Positions 1 through 8,938 of a stretch of DNA of 64,000 nt are shown piece after piece. The DNA comes from Planctomycetota bacterium (GTDB lineage: Bacteria; Planctomycetota; UBA8108; JACQVS01), in assembly GCA_016209605.1 (NCBI GenBank), contig JACQVS010000106.1, positions 74,274 to 138,273 of the forward strand, in the 5' to 3' direction. The position numbers and the translations under genes were made by a program. Numbering within the stretch: position 1 is the stretch's first letter; each line of letters opens with the position of its first letter. The notes under the pieces are model-generated. The model was not told the origin of the DNA and did not search any database. It saw nothing but the letters and a program-made list of their open reading frames with translations.

Positions 1-1298
1 TAGACTTTCCAGCGGGCCACCGGAACCCCTTTGAGCTTGAGGCAGTACTCCTGCGATTCGAGCTGCATGTTGTCGCGGATCCGCACCGCCGGCACGACGA
101 ATCCCAGCTCGAGGGCGATCTGCTCGCGAATCAGGCTGATGCGGTTGAGCAGGCTGCCTCCCTGGCTCTGGTCCACCAGCCCGATCAAGCCGTAGCCGAT
201 CTCCAGCTCGAGCGGATCGATGGAGAGCAGGGCGCGGGCCTTCTCGGTGGGCGACTTCTCCTCCTTCTTCACCGCCTCCTTGACCACCTGCATCTGGGAC
301 TCGATCTGCACCTTCTTGAGGATGTAGCCGATGGCGAAGCAGCACAAAGCGCCTGAAACCAGCACGCCCTGCGGCAGGCCGGAGGGGATGAGGAAGAGCA
401 GGAAGCCGCCGACGATGTACATGGCCTTGGAGTTCCCCATCAGCTGCCCGAAGAAATCCTTGCCGAGATTGGACTCCGCGGTGTTGCGCGTGATCAAGAG
501 GCCGGAGGCGATCGAGGTGACGAGCGCCGGCAGCTGGCTCACCAGTCCATCGCCGATCGTCAGGATGGTGTAAACCTGCAGCGCATCCGCAATGGTCATG
601 TTGTACTGGGTATAGCCGATGATGAAGCCGCCGAAGATGTTGATCAGGGTGATGATGATGCCGGCAATGGCATCGCCCCGGACGAATTTGCTGGCGCCGT
701 CCATGGCGCCGTAGAAGTCGGCCTCGCGGTTGATCTGCTGGCGCCGCCGGCGGGCATCGTCCTCGTTGATCAGGCCGGCGTTGAGGTCGGCATCGATGCT
801 GAGCTGCTTGCCGGGCATGGCGTCCAGGATGAAACGCGCCGCCACTTCCGAGATGCGCGTCGCGCCCTTGGTGATGACCACGAACTGGATAATGAAGATG
901 ATGGCGAAGATGACGAAGCCGACCACGGCGTTCGAGCCGGCCACGAAGTTGCCGAAGGCCATGACCACCTGCCCGGCGGCCGCCATGTGGTCCGTGCCGG
1001 CCCGGCTCAAGATCAAGCGGGTGGTGGCGACGTTGAGCGCCAGGCGGTAGAAGGTGGTCAGCAGCAGCATGGAGGGAAAGACGTTGAAGTCCAGGGGGTG
1101 GACAATGTAAATCGTCGTCACCAGGATGATCATGGAGATGGTGATGTTGATCACCAGCAGGAGGTCCATGAGGAACGGCGGCAGCGGCACGATGATGGTG
1201 AAGAGGACCAGGATGATGGCGATGACCAGGGGGATGTCCAGGTTGCGGTTCACCTTGGTCCCCCATTGAATCAGCCGTTTGTCAGCGACGCTTGCCAT
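1..1298 (-). CDS. flhA: Flagellar export apparatus protein FlhA, N-terminal about 432 codons. The gene runs off the window start.
   Basis: Reverse translation from ATG at 1298 gives MASVADKRLIQWGTKVNRNLDIPLVIAIILVLF... followed by the conserved FlhA transmembrane core (GDGLVSQLPALVTSIASGLLITR). GAGAGGAG RBS lies just upstream. It directly follows flhB. Not listed in the ORF track because no stop codon lies inside the window. Confidence 0.9.
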   Translation of the reverse strand, partial: MASVADKRLIQWGTKVNRNLDIPLVIAIILVLFTIIVPLPPFLMDLLLVINITISMIILVTTIYIVHPLDFNVFPSMLLLTTFYRLALNVATTRLILSRAGTDHMAAAGQVVMAFGNFVAGSNAVVGFVIFAIIFIIQFVVITKGATRISEVAARFILDAMPGKQLSIDADLNAGLINEDDARRRRQQINREADFYGAMDGASKFVRGDAIAGIIITLINIFGGFIIGYTQYNMTIADALQVYTILTIGDGLVSQLPALVTSIASGLLITRNTAESNLGKDFFGQLMGNSKAMYIVGGFLLFLIPSGLPQGVLVSGALCCFAIGYILKKVQIESQMQVVKEAVKKEEKSPTEKARALLSIDPLELEIGYGLIGLVDQSQGGSLLNRISLIREQIALELGFVVPAVRIRDNMQLESQEYCLKLKGVPVARWKV

Positions 1299-1306
1299 GA
1301 CTCCTC

Positions 1307-2401
1307 TCATGCCGTTTGCCCGGCCAGGGAAGGCCTCCGGGCCAGCCGGTAGACGTACGCCAGCACTTCCGCGACCGCGTGGTAAAACTCCGGCGGAATC
1401 TCCTGTCCGACCTCGACGGCGCGGTAGAGCGCCCGCGCCAGCTCCGGCCGTTCCACCACCGGGACGCCGTGCTCCATGGCGATTTCACGGATCCGCTGCG
1501 CGATCGTGTCCTGACCCTTGGCCAGGCAAACCGGCGCCAGCATGGCTTCTTTCCGGTATTGAATGGCCACGGCGAAGTGGGTCGGGTTGGTGATCACGAC
1601 ATCCGACTTGGGGACGTTTCGCATCATGCGCTGCAGGGCGAGCTGCTGCTGCACTCTCCGCCGCCTCTCCCTGACCTTGGGATTCCCCTCCATTTCCATC
1701 ATCTCGTCTTTGACCTCCTGCTTGGTCATCATCAAATCCCTCTCGTACTGCCACTTCTGGTAGGCGTAATCGAGGATCGACAGGATCAGAAGCGCGGTGA
1801 CGCCGCGAAAGCCCATGAGCAGGATGACCTTGAAGGCGTAAGCCACGGACGGCCCGGGATTCGCCGTGAAGAGCATGAAGATATTCTCCCCGTCCTGGCG
1901 CGTCAGCTCCTTCCACAGGGTCCAGACCAGCACCGAGCCCACCACCACGATCTTGAAAACGCCGAACACCGTCCTGGTGGCGCCGCGGAGCGAGAAGATC
2001 TTGCCGAGGTTGTTCAGTGGATTGACCTTCGACAGCGACGGCTTGATGGACTCTGCGGTGTACAGGAAGCCGACTTGCAGGAGATTGGAAAGAACCCCCA
2101 TCGCGAACGCCAGGATGAAGAAGGGCAGGACGACCTGGAAAATTGCCGCCAGAGACCAGCCGAGGGCGCGCACCAGGTACCCCAAGTCGAACTGGAACTC
2201 CGTCAAGGAGCTCAGGCAACGGATCATGATCGCCCGCATCTTGTCAATGCTGGGCTGGCCGGCGAAGTAAAGCACTGAAAAGACGGCCAGGAGCAGCAGG
2301 GCAACGTTCAAGTCCTGGCTCTTGGCGACCTGGCCGCGGCCGCGGGCTTCGCTCCGCCGCTTGCCAGTGGGTGGTTCCGTCCGGGATTCTCGTTCAGCCA
2401 T
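1307..2401 (-). CDS. flhB: Flagellar export switch protein FlhB
   Basis: 364 aa. N-terminal basic region, 4 TM segments and the conserved NPTH autocleavage site (VITNPTHFAVAIQY). Sits between fliR and flhA. Confidence 0.95.
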   Translation of the reverse strand: MAERESRTEPPTGKRRSEARGRGQVAKSQDLNVALLLLAVFSVLYFAGQPSIDKMRAIMIRCLSSLTEFQFDLGYLVRALGWSLAAIFQVVLPFFILAFAMGVLSNLLQVGFLYTAESIKPSLSKVNPLNNLGKIFSLRGATRTVFGVFKIVVVGSVLVWTLWKELTRQDGENIFMLFTANPGPSVAYAFKVILLMGFRGVTALLILSILDYAYQKWQYERDLMMTKQEVKDEMMEMEGNPKVRERRRRVQQQLALQRMMRNVPKSDVVITNPTHFAVAIQYRKEAMLAPVCLAKGQDTIAQRIREIAMEHGVPVVERPELARALYRAVEVGQEIPPEFYHAVAEVLAYVYRLARRPSLAGQTA

Positions 2402-2416
2402 GGTGCCAGCCTCGCT

Positions 2417-3238
2417 TCATTGACCGGACAGCGTCCTGAGGAAGGCCCAGCCATCCCGGACCATGCGCTCGAAAGAGGGTTGAAGGATGCTGACCAGGAA
2501 AGGAAACAACAAGATGAGCACCCACATGCCGATGAGGATCCGCACGGCAAAGCCGGAAATGAAGACATTCATCTCCGGAACCGCGCGCGACAGGAAGGCC
2601 ATGGCCGTGGTCACCAGGATCAAGGTGACGGTGATCGGCAACGCCAGGCTGGCAGCGGTGTCGAGCAGGAAAGTCCCCTGCTGGGAGGCGATCTCCTTGA
2701 AAGCGCCTCCGGAGCCGATGGCGGCCGATTTCTTGAGCAGGGTCGCGAGCGGAATCCACTCGAAAGAAGTGGAAAGCAGCCGCAGGAGGTGATGATGGAG
2801 GTCCAGCAGCACGAAAAGCTCCACCGCCACCAGAGCCTTGAGCTGGCCGATCACCGAAGTCTGCAGATCGGAGAGCGGATCGATGATGTTGGCGATGGTG
2901 TAGCCGATGTCCTGGGAGATGTAGTAGCCCGCCGTCTGAATGGCCCCGATGACGACGCCGGCAAGGAATCCGATGGCGATGCCGATGCCGAGCTCCACCG
3001 CCACCGCCAGCGCGGCGGACACGGGATGGCGCAGCGCCGCCATGGCCTGCTCCCCCTGTCCGGAGAACACCGGAGCGAGGCAACCGGCGGCGGCCACGGC
3101 AAAGAGCACTTTGAGGCGCTGCGGCACCACCGGCCCGGAGAAGAAGGGGGCGGCCAGGAACAAGCCGCTCAAGCGCACCAGCACCAGGATGAACACGGCC
3201 AGCTGCGGCAGCAGGATTTCAGGAATTCGAACGTCCAC
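2417..3238 (-). CDS. fliR: Flagellar export apparatus protein FliR
   Basis: 273-aa polytopic membrane protein in the fliP-fliQ-fliR-flhB order. Confidence 0.9.
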   Translation of the reverse strand: MDVRIPEILLPQLAVFILVLVRLSGLFLAAPFFSGPVVPQRLKVLFAVAAAGCLAPVFSGQGEQAMAALRHPVSAALAVAVELGIGIAIGFLAGVVIGAIQTAGYYISQDIGYTIANIIDPLSDLQTSVIGQLKALVAVELFVLLDLHHHLLRLLSTSFEWIPLATLLKKSAAIGSGGAFKEIASQQGTFLLDTAASLALPITVTLILVTTAMAFLSRAVPEMNVFISGFAVRILIGMWVLILLFPFLVSILQPSFERMVRDGWAFLRTLSGQ

Positions 3239-3260
3239 GATTGACTTTTCCCCCCTTCAA

Positions 3261-3542
3261 TCACGGCGCCAGCAGCGTCCGCATTTGAACGAAAACTTCG
3301 CGGGTGTACTCGGTGATCACGGTCAGCATCCAGGGTAAAAGCGCGAACATGGCCGCGGTGACGGCCACCAGCTTGGGGATGAATGACAAGGTCTGCTCCT
3401 GAATCTGGGTGAGCGCCTGCAGGAGGCTCACCAGGACTCCGACGATGAGCCCGATGAGGAGCATGGGCAGCGACAGCTCCATGGAGAGCACCAGAGCGCG
3501 CCGCGCCAGATCCACCGCCACTTGAGTCAAATCAGAGTTCAT
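3261..3542 (-). CDS. fliQ: Flagellar export apparatus protein FliQ
   Basis: 93 aa with two TM helices. Typical FliQ size and position. Confidence 0.9.
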   Translation of the reverse strand: MNSDLTQVAVDLARRALVLSMELSLPMLLIGLIVGVLVSLLQALTQIQEQTLSFIPKLVAVTAAMFALLPWMLTVITEYTREVFVQMRTLLAP

Positions 3543-3567
3543 CGGTTGACCTCGCTTTTCCCCTCAT

Positions 3568-4329
3568 TCACAAGAAGCTCTTGACCAGCTGCTCGACGAT
3601 CAAGTTCCAGCCATCGACCAGAACAAAAACCAGGACTTTCAGGGGAAAGGAGATCATGAACGGCGGCAGCACCAGCATACCCATGGAAATCAAGGTCGTC
3701 GACACCACCAAGTCAATGATCAGGAACGGAAGGTAGAGGACGAAACCCATCTGGAACGAGACCTTGAGCTCGCTGATCAAGAAAGCGGGGATGATGACTT
3801 GCAGCGGCAGCGCGGTGACGCTTTCTTCAGCGGCGGCGCTGCCCGCTTTGGCCATTTGCTCTTCATAGCGGGAAAGCTCGACGAACAGCCGCAGGTCCTT
3901 GCGCAAGGTCTTTTCTAGCATGAACGATTTGAGCGGCAGCACCGCCTTGTCGAAGGCTTGCTCCTCGGTCAGTTTACCTTCCATGTAAGGGGCCAGAGCC
4001 TCTTGATAAATCCTCTGCCAGGTCGGCGTCATGACCGCCGCGGTGAGAAACAGGGCTAGGCCGATCATGATCTGGCTCGGCGGCAGGTCCTGCGTTCCCA
4101 TGGCCCGCCGCAGGAAGGAAAAGACGATGACGATCCTCGGGAAGCAGGTGGTCATGAGAACGATCGAGGGGACCAGGCTCAGCACCGTGAGCAGCGCCAG
4201 GAGCCGCAGCGGGGTGGACAGCTGGGAGGGCTCCTGGCCGGTCAAGGTGCGGAGCAGGTCCTCGGCCCCCAGGGGGCTGGTGAAGAGCGGCGCCAGCATC
4301 AGGATCAAGCTGAGGATTTTCCGTTTCAT
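3568..4329 (-). CDS. fliP: Flagellar export apparatus protein FliP
   Basis: 253 aa. Signal peptide plus the conserved FliP core (FPRIVIVFSFLRRAMGTQ..PPSQI..GLALFLT..VM). Confidence 0.95.
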   Translation of the reverse strand: MKRKILSLILMLAPLFTSPLGAEDLLRTLTGQEPSQLSTPLRLLALLTVLSLVPSIVLMTTCFPRIVIVFSFLRRAMGTQDLPPSQIMIGLALFLTAAVMTPTWQRIYQEALAPYMEGKLTEEQAFDKAVLPLKSFMLEKTLRKDLRLFVELSRYEEQMAKAGSAAAEESVTALPLQVIIPAFLISELKVSFQMGFVLYLPFLIIDLVVSTTLISMGMLVLPPFMISFPLKVLVFVLVDGWNLIVEQLVKSFL

Positions 4330-4334
4330 CTAGC

Positions 4335-5105
4335 TCATCGCTCCTGACTCATGAGGCGGCTGACCCGGTCATCTTTTTCATCTTGACGCTCGCTCGAAAC
4401 CGCCCCCGGAGCTTGGCGGCTCAAGGCGCTCCGCCACCCTTGAAAAAGCCGGCGGATTTTCTGGACCTCTTTCTGGAAGGGGAGCAAGTCATCGGCGCAG
4501 GCATCCCGGCGCTTCATTGCCGTCGCTAGCTCCGCTGTGGAGCCTGATGCGCCGGCGGCCTCCACGCCCTCCCGGCCATTCTCCGGCCAGGCCTGGGAAA
4601 CGGAATCGAACTGGGCATGGAACTCGCCGCTCCCCGACAAAAGACCGGCGGGATCGGAGATTTCCGTCAGCGTCACCATGCGGTCCCCCGAGATCCCGAC
4701 CACCAGAAGTTTCTGGTTGGCGATGCGGATCAGATAGATGGAGTGCCGGGTGGACAAAGCGCTCCGGCCCAGAACTCGGATGACGTTGCCGGTATTGAGA
4801 ATTTTACCGGCCAGGGGAAGGCGTTTGAGAATCAAAAGCGCCGCGCTGGCGAGAGCGATGACGACGACCGTCCAGCCCAGCAGCCGGAGGAAGCTGCCGG
4901 TCATCGAAGGCGGGGCGGCCTCCCCGCTGCCGGCAGCATCGTTCAGGACATCGCCGATCCGTTCAGCGGTCGAGACTTTCGCCGCGGGCGAGGCCGGCTG
5001 GCTGGGCGAAGCTGGCTGGCCGGCGTGCTGAAGCCCTCCCGGGCCGCCCAGGCAGAAGATGGGCAATAAAAGCAGCGCGGCTTTTCTGGCCGTCCTTCTC
5101 TTCAC
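4335..5105 (-). CDS. fliO: FliO-like flagellar biosynthesis protein with a long C-terminal extension
   Basis: Single TM (LLGWTVVVIALASAALLIL) followed by the FliO-type motif (IRVLGRSALSTRHSIYLIRIANQKLLVVGISGDRMVTLTEI). Located between fliN and fliP. Confidence 0.6.
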   Translation of the reverse strand: MKRRTARKAALLLLPIFCLGGPGGLQHAGQPASPSQPASPAAKVSTAERIGDVLNDAAGSGEAAPPSMTGSFLRLLGWTVVVIALASAALLILKRLPLAGKILNTGNVIRVLGRSALSTRHSIYLIRIANQKLLVVGISGDRMVTLTEISDPAGLLSGSGEFHAQFDSVSQAWPENGREGVEAAGASGSTAELATAMKRRDACADDLLPFQKEVQKIRRLFQGWRSALSRQAPGAVSSERQDEKDDRVSRLMSQER

Positions 5106-5148
5106 GGTCCCCTCTCTCTTCCTCTCTCTACACGCTCAAGCCTTCACT

Positions 5149-5610
5149 TCACAAAATCTTCAAGCGCATGCACTCTTCCGGCGACAGGATCTCGGTGATG
5201 CGGACGCAAAAATTGTCATTCAAGACCAGGACTTCGCCGCGGGCGATCAGGCGGTCATTGACGAAGATGTCGAGCGGATCGCCGGCCAGCTTCTCCAGCT
5301 CCACAACCGATCCGCGGGCCAGGCGGAGGATGTCCTTGAGATACAGCTTTCCCCGGCCCAGCTCCACCTTGACCTTCAGGGAGACATCTCGCAGCAGCTC
5401 CAGATGCTTGGCCTGATCGATCATTTCCGCGGCGGCATTTTGCGGAAACTCCGGAAAGTTCGGGGGCAGGATGGTTTCAGCCCCTCCGCCGGCCTCCGGC
5501 GGGGCGGTGCTCGCCTCCGCCGGGGCGCTTTCCTGGACGCCTGCAGCCGGTGGCTTTTCAGATTCACCAGCCGCCGTAGCGGCAACGGCTTGTTGGGTTT
5601 CAGTGCTCAT
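5149..5610 (-). CDS. fliN: Flagellar motor switch protein FliN
   Basis: C-terminal SpoA/FliN domain ([62 protein letters not shown]). Confidence 0.9.
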   Translation of the reverse strand: MSTETQQAVAATAAGESEKPPAAGVQESAPAEASTAPPEAGGGAETILPPNFPEFPQNAAAEMIDQAKHLELLRDVSLKVKVELGRGKLYLKDILRLARGSVVELEKLAGDPLDIFVNDRLIARGEVLVLNDNFCVRITEILSPEECMRLKIL

Positions 5611-5646
5611 GATTCTTCAGCCTCGCTCCATTGATGTTCAGCGGCG

Positions 5647-5838
5647 TCAGCGGTTGAATAGCCGCATCTTCCGCTCGTACTCGATCACCCGCTCCACCAC
5701 TTCCTCCATGGTCTCCCGGATCATCACTTTCTCCTCGTTGATGAGGGTGATGATGGTGTCCGGCCGCATCTCGATGAACTTGATCAAGTTCGCGTTCAAG
5801 ATGAACTCCGCGTTGTTCAACCGGGTCAAACGGATCAT
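5647..5838 (-). CDS. flbD: FlbD (SwrD-like) small flagellar protein
   Basis: 63 aa, MIRLTRLNNAEFILNANLIKFIE..PDTIITL..EK..VRE. Classic FlbD sequence and its usual position directly after flgE. Confidence 0.8.
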   Translation of the reverse strand: MIRLTRLNNAEFILNANLIKFIEMRPDTIITLINEEKVMIRETMEEVVERVIEYERKMRLFNR

Positions 5839-5902
5839 GCGTCGTTCTCACGGGTTAACCGTTTCAGTAAATCTCCGTTACACATCATCAACAAAGCCTA
5901 AG

Positions 5903-5950
5903 TCTATCGAATTTCTGCGCGCCGAAGACGGCGCGCAGAAATTCGATAGA
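5903..5950 (-). terminator. Perfect 22-bp stem / 4-nt loop hairpin starting 7 nt after the flgE stop. Candidate intra-operon attenuator or 3' stabiliser.
   Basis: tctatcgaatttctgcgcgccg (5903-5924), loop aaga, then cggcgcgcagaaattcgataga (5929-5950). The downstream sense strand is only moderately U-rich (CUUAGGCUUUGUUGAUG), so it is not a textbook intrinsic terminator. Confidence 0.45.
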
Positions 5951-5956
5951 CAATTG

Positions 5957-8365
5957 TTAAATCAAATTAACCAGTTCCTGAAGCATCTGGTCCGAAACCG
6001 TGATGGTCCGGGAATTGGCCTGGAAGGCCCGCTGGCCGATGATCAGCTGGGTGAACTCCTCGGCCAGATCGACGTTGGACTCCTCCAGGGTGCCGCCGCG
6101 GATCGCGCCGAAGCCCAGGGATATGGGGACTCCGATCAACGCATCCCCGGAGCTCGGTGAAGTCGAGAAATAGTTGTCGCCGACGTCAATCAATCCGTTG
6201 TTGTTGGGGAAGCGGGCCAGCGCCAGCTGGCCGATGCTTCTCGTCAAGCCGTTGTCGAAGATGCCGGTGATGGTTCCATCATCGGCGAGCTCGAACTCCC
6301 GCAAGGTGCCGCTGCGGAAGCCATCCTGGTCGCGGAGCTGCACTTCCGAGAAGTCGGCGGCGAACTGCGTCAGTCGCGAGAAGTCCAGCTTGAAGGTGAA
6401 GGGAGTCGAAACTCCTCCCGACTGGCTGGAAACCGGCTCCAGATCGATGCTGACGACCTCCGCAGGATTTCCCGTCGAGACGAACTGGCCGTTGGAATCG
6501 AAGACCATGGTGCCGCCGCCGACTATCCGGTCCCGGTCGATATCGTCATCCGACTCGGCGAAATACCGGAAGATATTGGGACCATTGGCGGAGGAGCCTT
6601 CGTAAACGAAGGTCAGGACCACCTGGCGCGGCGTGCCCAGGGAGTCGTAGACTGTCATGGTGGTGTTGACGCTCTCTCCCAGGCCATCCGCCAACGCGCC
6701 GGCCGGAAGAAGGTTGATGAGCTCTCCCTCCGCGCTGATTTCGATTTCGGAAAGATGATTGGCGGCGCCGGCATTGCCGCCGATCTCAAGGGTTCCTTCG
6801 GCGAGATCGACCACCGTGAAATCGCTCCCCGCATCCGGATCCTGGGACAGGCTGGAGTTGAACGAGACGGTGATGGTGTTGCCGCTGACGTCGGTGATCC
6901 AGCCCTGCACGGTCGAGCTGCCTGAAACGTACTGGACAAGATTGTTCACCCGGACGCCGTGCTCGCTGGCGAAGGAGGTCACGGAAGAGTCGGTGACGGT
7001 GAACGAGCTGATCCCCCCCGTGGTGGAAACGGAGCTCGGCGTCGCCCCGGAGATGGTCACCAGATCCTGGTCCGGCGCCATGCGGACACCCGCGGGGGCG
7101 TGGATGGCATAGGTGTCCCCCACATCCGGAACGGCGGTGAGGGTGTTGAAACCATCGGAGCGCAGGGTCAGCGTGTCCAGCAGGCCATCGCTGTCCGAAT
7201 CCGTCACCGAGGAGATCTCGGCGATCTGGCCAGATGCCGCTCCCCCCGTGAAGCGAATGAAGTCGCCCGCCCGAACTCCCCGCAAGTCCCCGCCGCTGAT
7301 GGTGATGCTGCTGAGCGAAACGGTGTCGCTGGAACTGATCGTTCCGGAGATCTCCTCCCCCGTCACGGCATGCGTGCGGATATAGGAGTAGGTGTGCTCG
7401 ATTTGCTCGGCGCCATCGAAGGTCCCATCGGTGATTCCGAAGGCGTTCTGCAGGAACTGGAGAAAATCGCCCAGGGTGGTCCCGCCGTCGGGCATGGACC
7501 CGCCGACCGTGAACGTTCGCGTCGAGAGAACCCGGTCGCCTTTATCGGCTGTCACGTCGATCTCCAGGCCGGTGGGATTGTTCTGGAGCTCGGGGAAGAC
7601 ATAAGCGGAGGAGCCGGCGGTTCCGGCCGAGGAGGAAGTGTAGGAAGTTTCATCGCCAAGGCTTCGAACCAGATCTTGCAGCAAGGTGGAAGAAGTGGCC
7701 CGATTCAAACCCAGGGGATTCTCGGTGGAGATCAAGTCCGAATTGGTCGAGCTGGCATCGAAGAGATCGTTCGAGAAGATCCAGGTTCCCGAGCTGGCCA
7801 CGGCGCCCGCCGAGTTGAGGTTCCCTTGTAGAGAAGCCTTCGAGGTCGAACGGGCGATGGTCATGACGCCGACCGGGATCTCGACATCCGCCAGAGGGCC
7901 TCCTGCAGACACATTGAAGTTCTCATCCGCCAGCCAGCCCTGGACGACGGCTCCGGTGGCCGGATCATAGAGCAGCCCCGCCGGGTTCACCGAAAACGAG
8001 CCGTCGCGAGTGTAAATCTGCCGGCCTTCGCGGTTCTTGGCGACAAAGAATCCTTCCCCGACGACGGCAAGGTCCGAGGGGATTCCCGTGACCTTCAACG
8101 GGCCCTGGGAAAAATCCCGGGAAATGCCCCCCGTCTGCACGCCTTGGCCGACCTGTTGGGGATCGATGCCGCCAAAGGTGCCTTCCGGAGCCGCGCCGAA
8201 GCTGGACACCTGGCTGAGGATGGTGTTGAACTCGACGCGCGCAGCCTTGAACGCAGGGGTGTCGAGATTGGCGATGTTGTTCCCCACCACTTCAACGCGC
8301 CGTTGCTGAACATTAAGACCGGTCAACGCCGGCTTCAACGAACCGATTAATGCCATAGGATCCAC
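5957..8365 (-). CDS. flgE: Flagellar hook protein FlgE, expanded 802-aa form
   Basis: N-terminal rod/hook motif (LTGLNVQQRRVEVVGNNIANLDTPAFK) and C-terminal motif (LEESNVDLAEEFTQLIIGQRAFQANSRTITVSDQMLQELVNLI). A long Ser/Thr/Gly-rich central insert lies between them. Confidence 0.9.
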   Translation of the reverse strand: MDPMALIGSLKPALTGLNVQQRRVEVVGNNIANLDTPAFKAARVEFNTILSQVSSFGAAPEGTFGGIDPQQVGQGVQTGGISRDFSQGPLKVTGIPSDLAVVGEGFFVAKNREGRQIYTRDGSFSVNPAGLLYDPATGAVVQGWLADENFNVSAGGPLADVEIPVGVMTIARSTSKASLQGNLNSAGAVASSGTWIFSNDLFDASSTNSDLISTENPLGLNRATSSTLLQDLVRSLGDETSYTSSSAGTAGSSAYVFPELQNNPTGLEIDVTADKGDRVLSTRTFTVGGSMPDGGTTLGDFLQFLQNAFGITDGTFDGAEQIEHTYSYIRTHAVTGEEISGTISSSDTVSLSSITISGGDLRGVRAGDFIRFTGGAASGQIAEISSVTDSDSDGLLDTLTLRSDGFNTLTAVPDVGDTYAIHAPAGVRMAPDQDLVTISGATPSSVSTTGGISSFTVTDSSVTSFASEHGVRVNNLVQYVSGSSTVQGWITDVSGNTITVSFNSSLSQDPDAGSDFTVVDLAEGTLEIGGNAGAANHLSEIEISAEGELINLLPAGALADGLGESVNTTMTVYDSLGTPRQVVLTFVYEGSSANGPNIFRYFAESDDDIDRDRIVGGGTMVFDSNGQFVSTGNPAEVVSIDLEPVSSQSGGVSTPFTFKLDFSRLTQFAADFSEVQLRDQDGFRSGTLREFELADDGTITGIFDNGLTRSIGQLALARFPNNNGLIDVGDNYFSTSPSSGDALIGVPISLGFGAIRGGTLEESNVDLAEEFTQLIIGQRAFQANSRTITVSDQMLQELVNLI

Positions 8366-8430
8366 CCATCACAAATGTCACTCGAGTTGCTCCCTCTCTA
8401 TAATGCGGGCTTCGCCCGCAACCGAGCTAT

Positions 8431-8465
8431 CCGCAACTTCTCCGCAGAATGCGGAGAAGTTGCGG
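8431..8465 (-). promoter_or_regulatory. Perfect 16-bp stem / 3-nt loop hairpin in the flgD-flgE spacer (flgE 5' leader)
   Basis: ccgcaacttctccgca (8431-8446), gaa, tgcggagaagttgcgg (8450-8465). A second GC hairpin, gcgggc-ttc-gcccgc, lies at 8405-8419. Confidence 0.4.
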
Positions 8466-8497
8466 AGGAAGAATCAAGAAAATCCATAACCAAAAAC

Positions 8498-8917
8498 TCA
8501 CTGTTTGATCTCGAGAACCTTCTCGAAGGAAACCTGCTTCCCGCTGTCCAGCAGGAGGTCGATGTTCTGTCCTTGCACCCGCACTCTCTCCACGCGTCCG
8601 CTCAAGGTGCCGCCGTTTTCATCGGCAGCCATCACCTGCTTGCCGATCAGCACGCTGGCCGCCGAAAGGCGCTGCTGGAAGAGCAGCTTGTCGATGCCAT
8701 CGCCCAGCCTCCCGGTGACGTCCAGGGTCTGCAGCGAGGCGAGCTGCTCCAGGAACTTCTGGTTGTCCATGGGTTCAAAAGGATCCTGGTGCGACAGCTC
8801 CGCGATCATGATCTGGTAAAACTCGTCACGGGTGAGCTGCGCCCGCCCGGCGAGGGACTTGGCCGCCGGGCTGGGCGTTCCGGTCAGTCCCGCGATTCTG
8901 TTTCCTGACGCTTCCAT
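8498..8917 (-). CDS. flgD: Flagellar hook capping/assembly protein FlgD
   Basis: 139 aa with the FlgD N-terminal motif (LTRDEFYQIMIAELSHQDPFEPMDNQKFLEQLASLQTL). Confidence 0.9.
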   Translation of the reverse strand: MEASGNRIAGLTGTPSPAAKSLAGRAQLTRDEFYQIMIAELSHQDPFEPMDNQKFLEQLASLQTLDVTGRLGDGIDKLLFQQRLSAASVLIGKQVMAADENGGTLSGRVERVRVQGQNIDLLLDSGKQVSFEKVLEIKQ

Positions 8918-8938
8918 GACTTTCTTCTTCCTTTCGAA

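Noticed and set aside
8470-8497. Possible sigma-54-like element TGGTTAT-N4-TTTC upstream of flgE.
   Set aside because: The essential -12 GC dinucleotide is replaced by TC, and the element lies upstream of the two hairpins. It is too weak to call.
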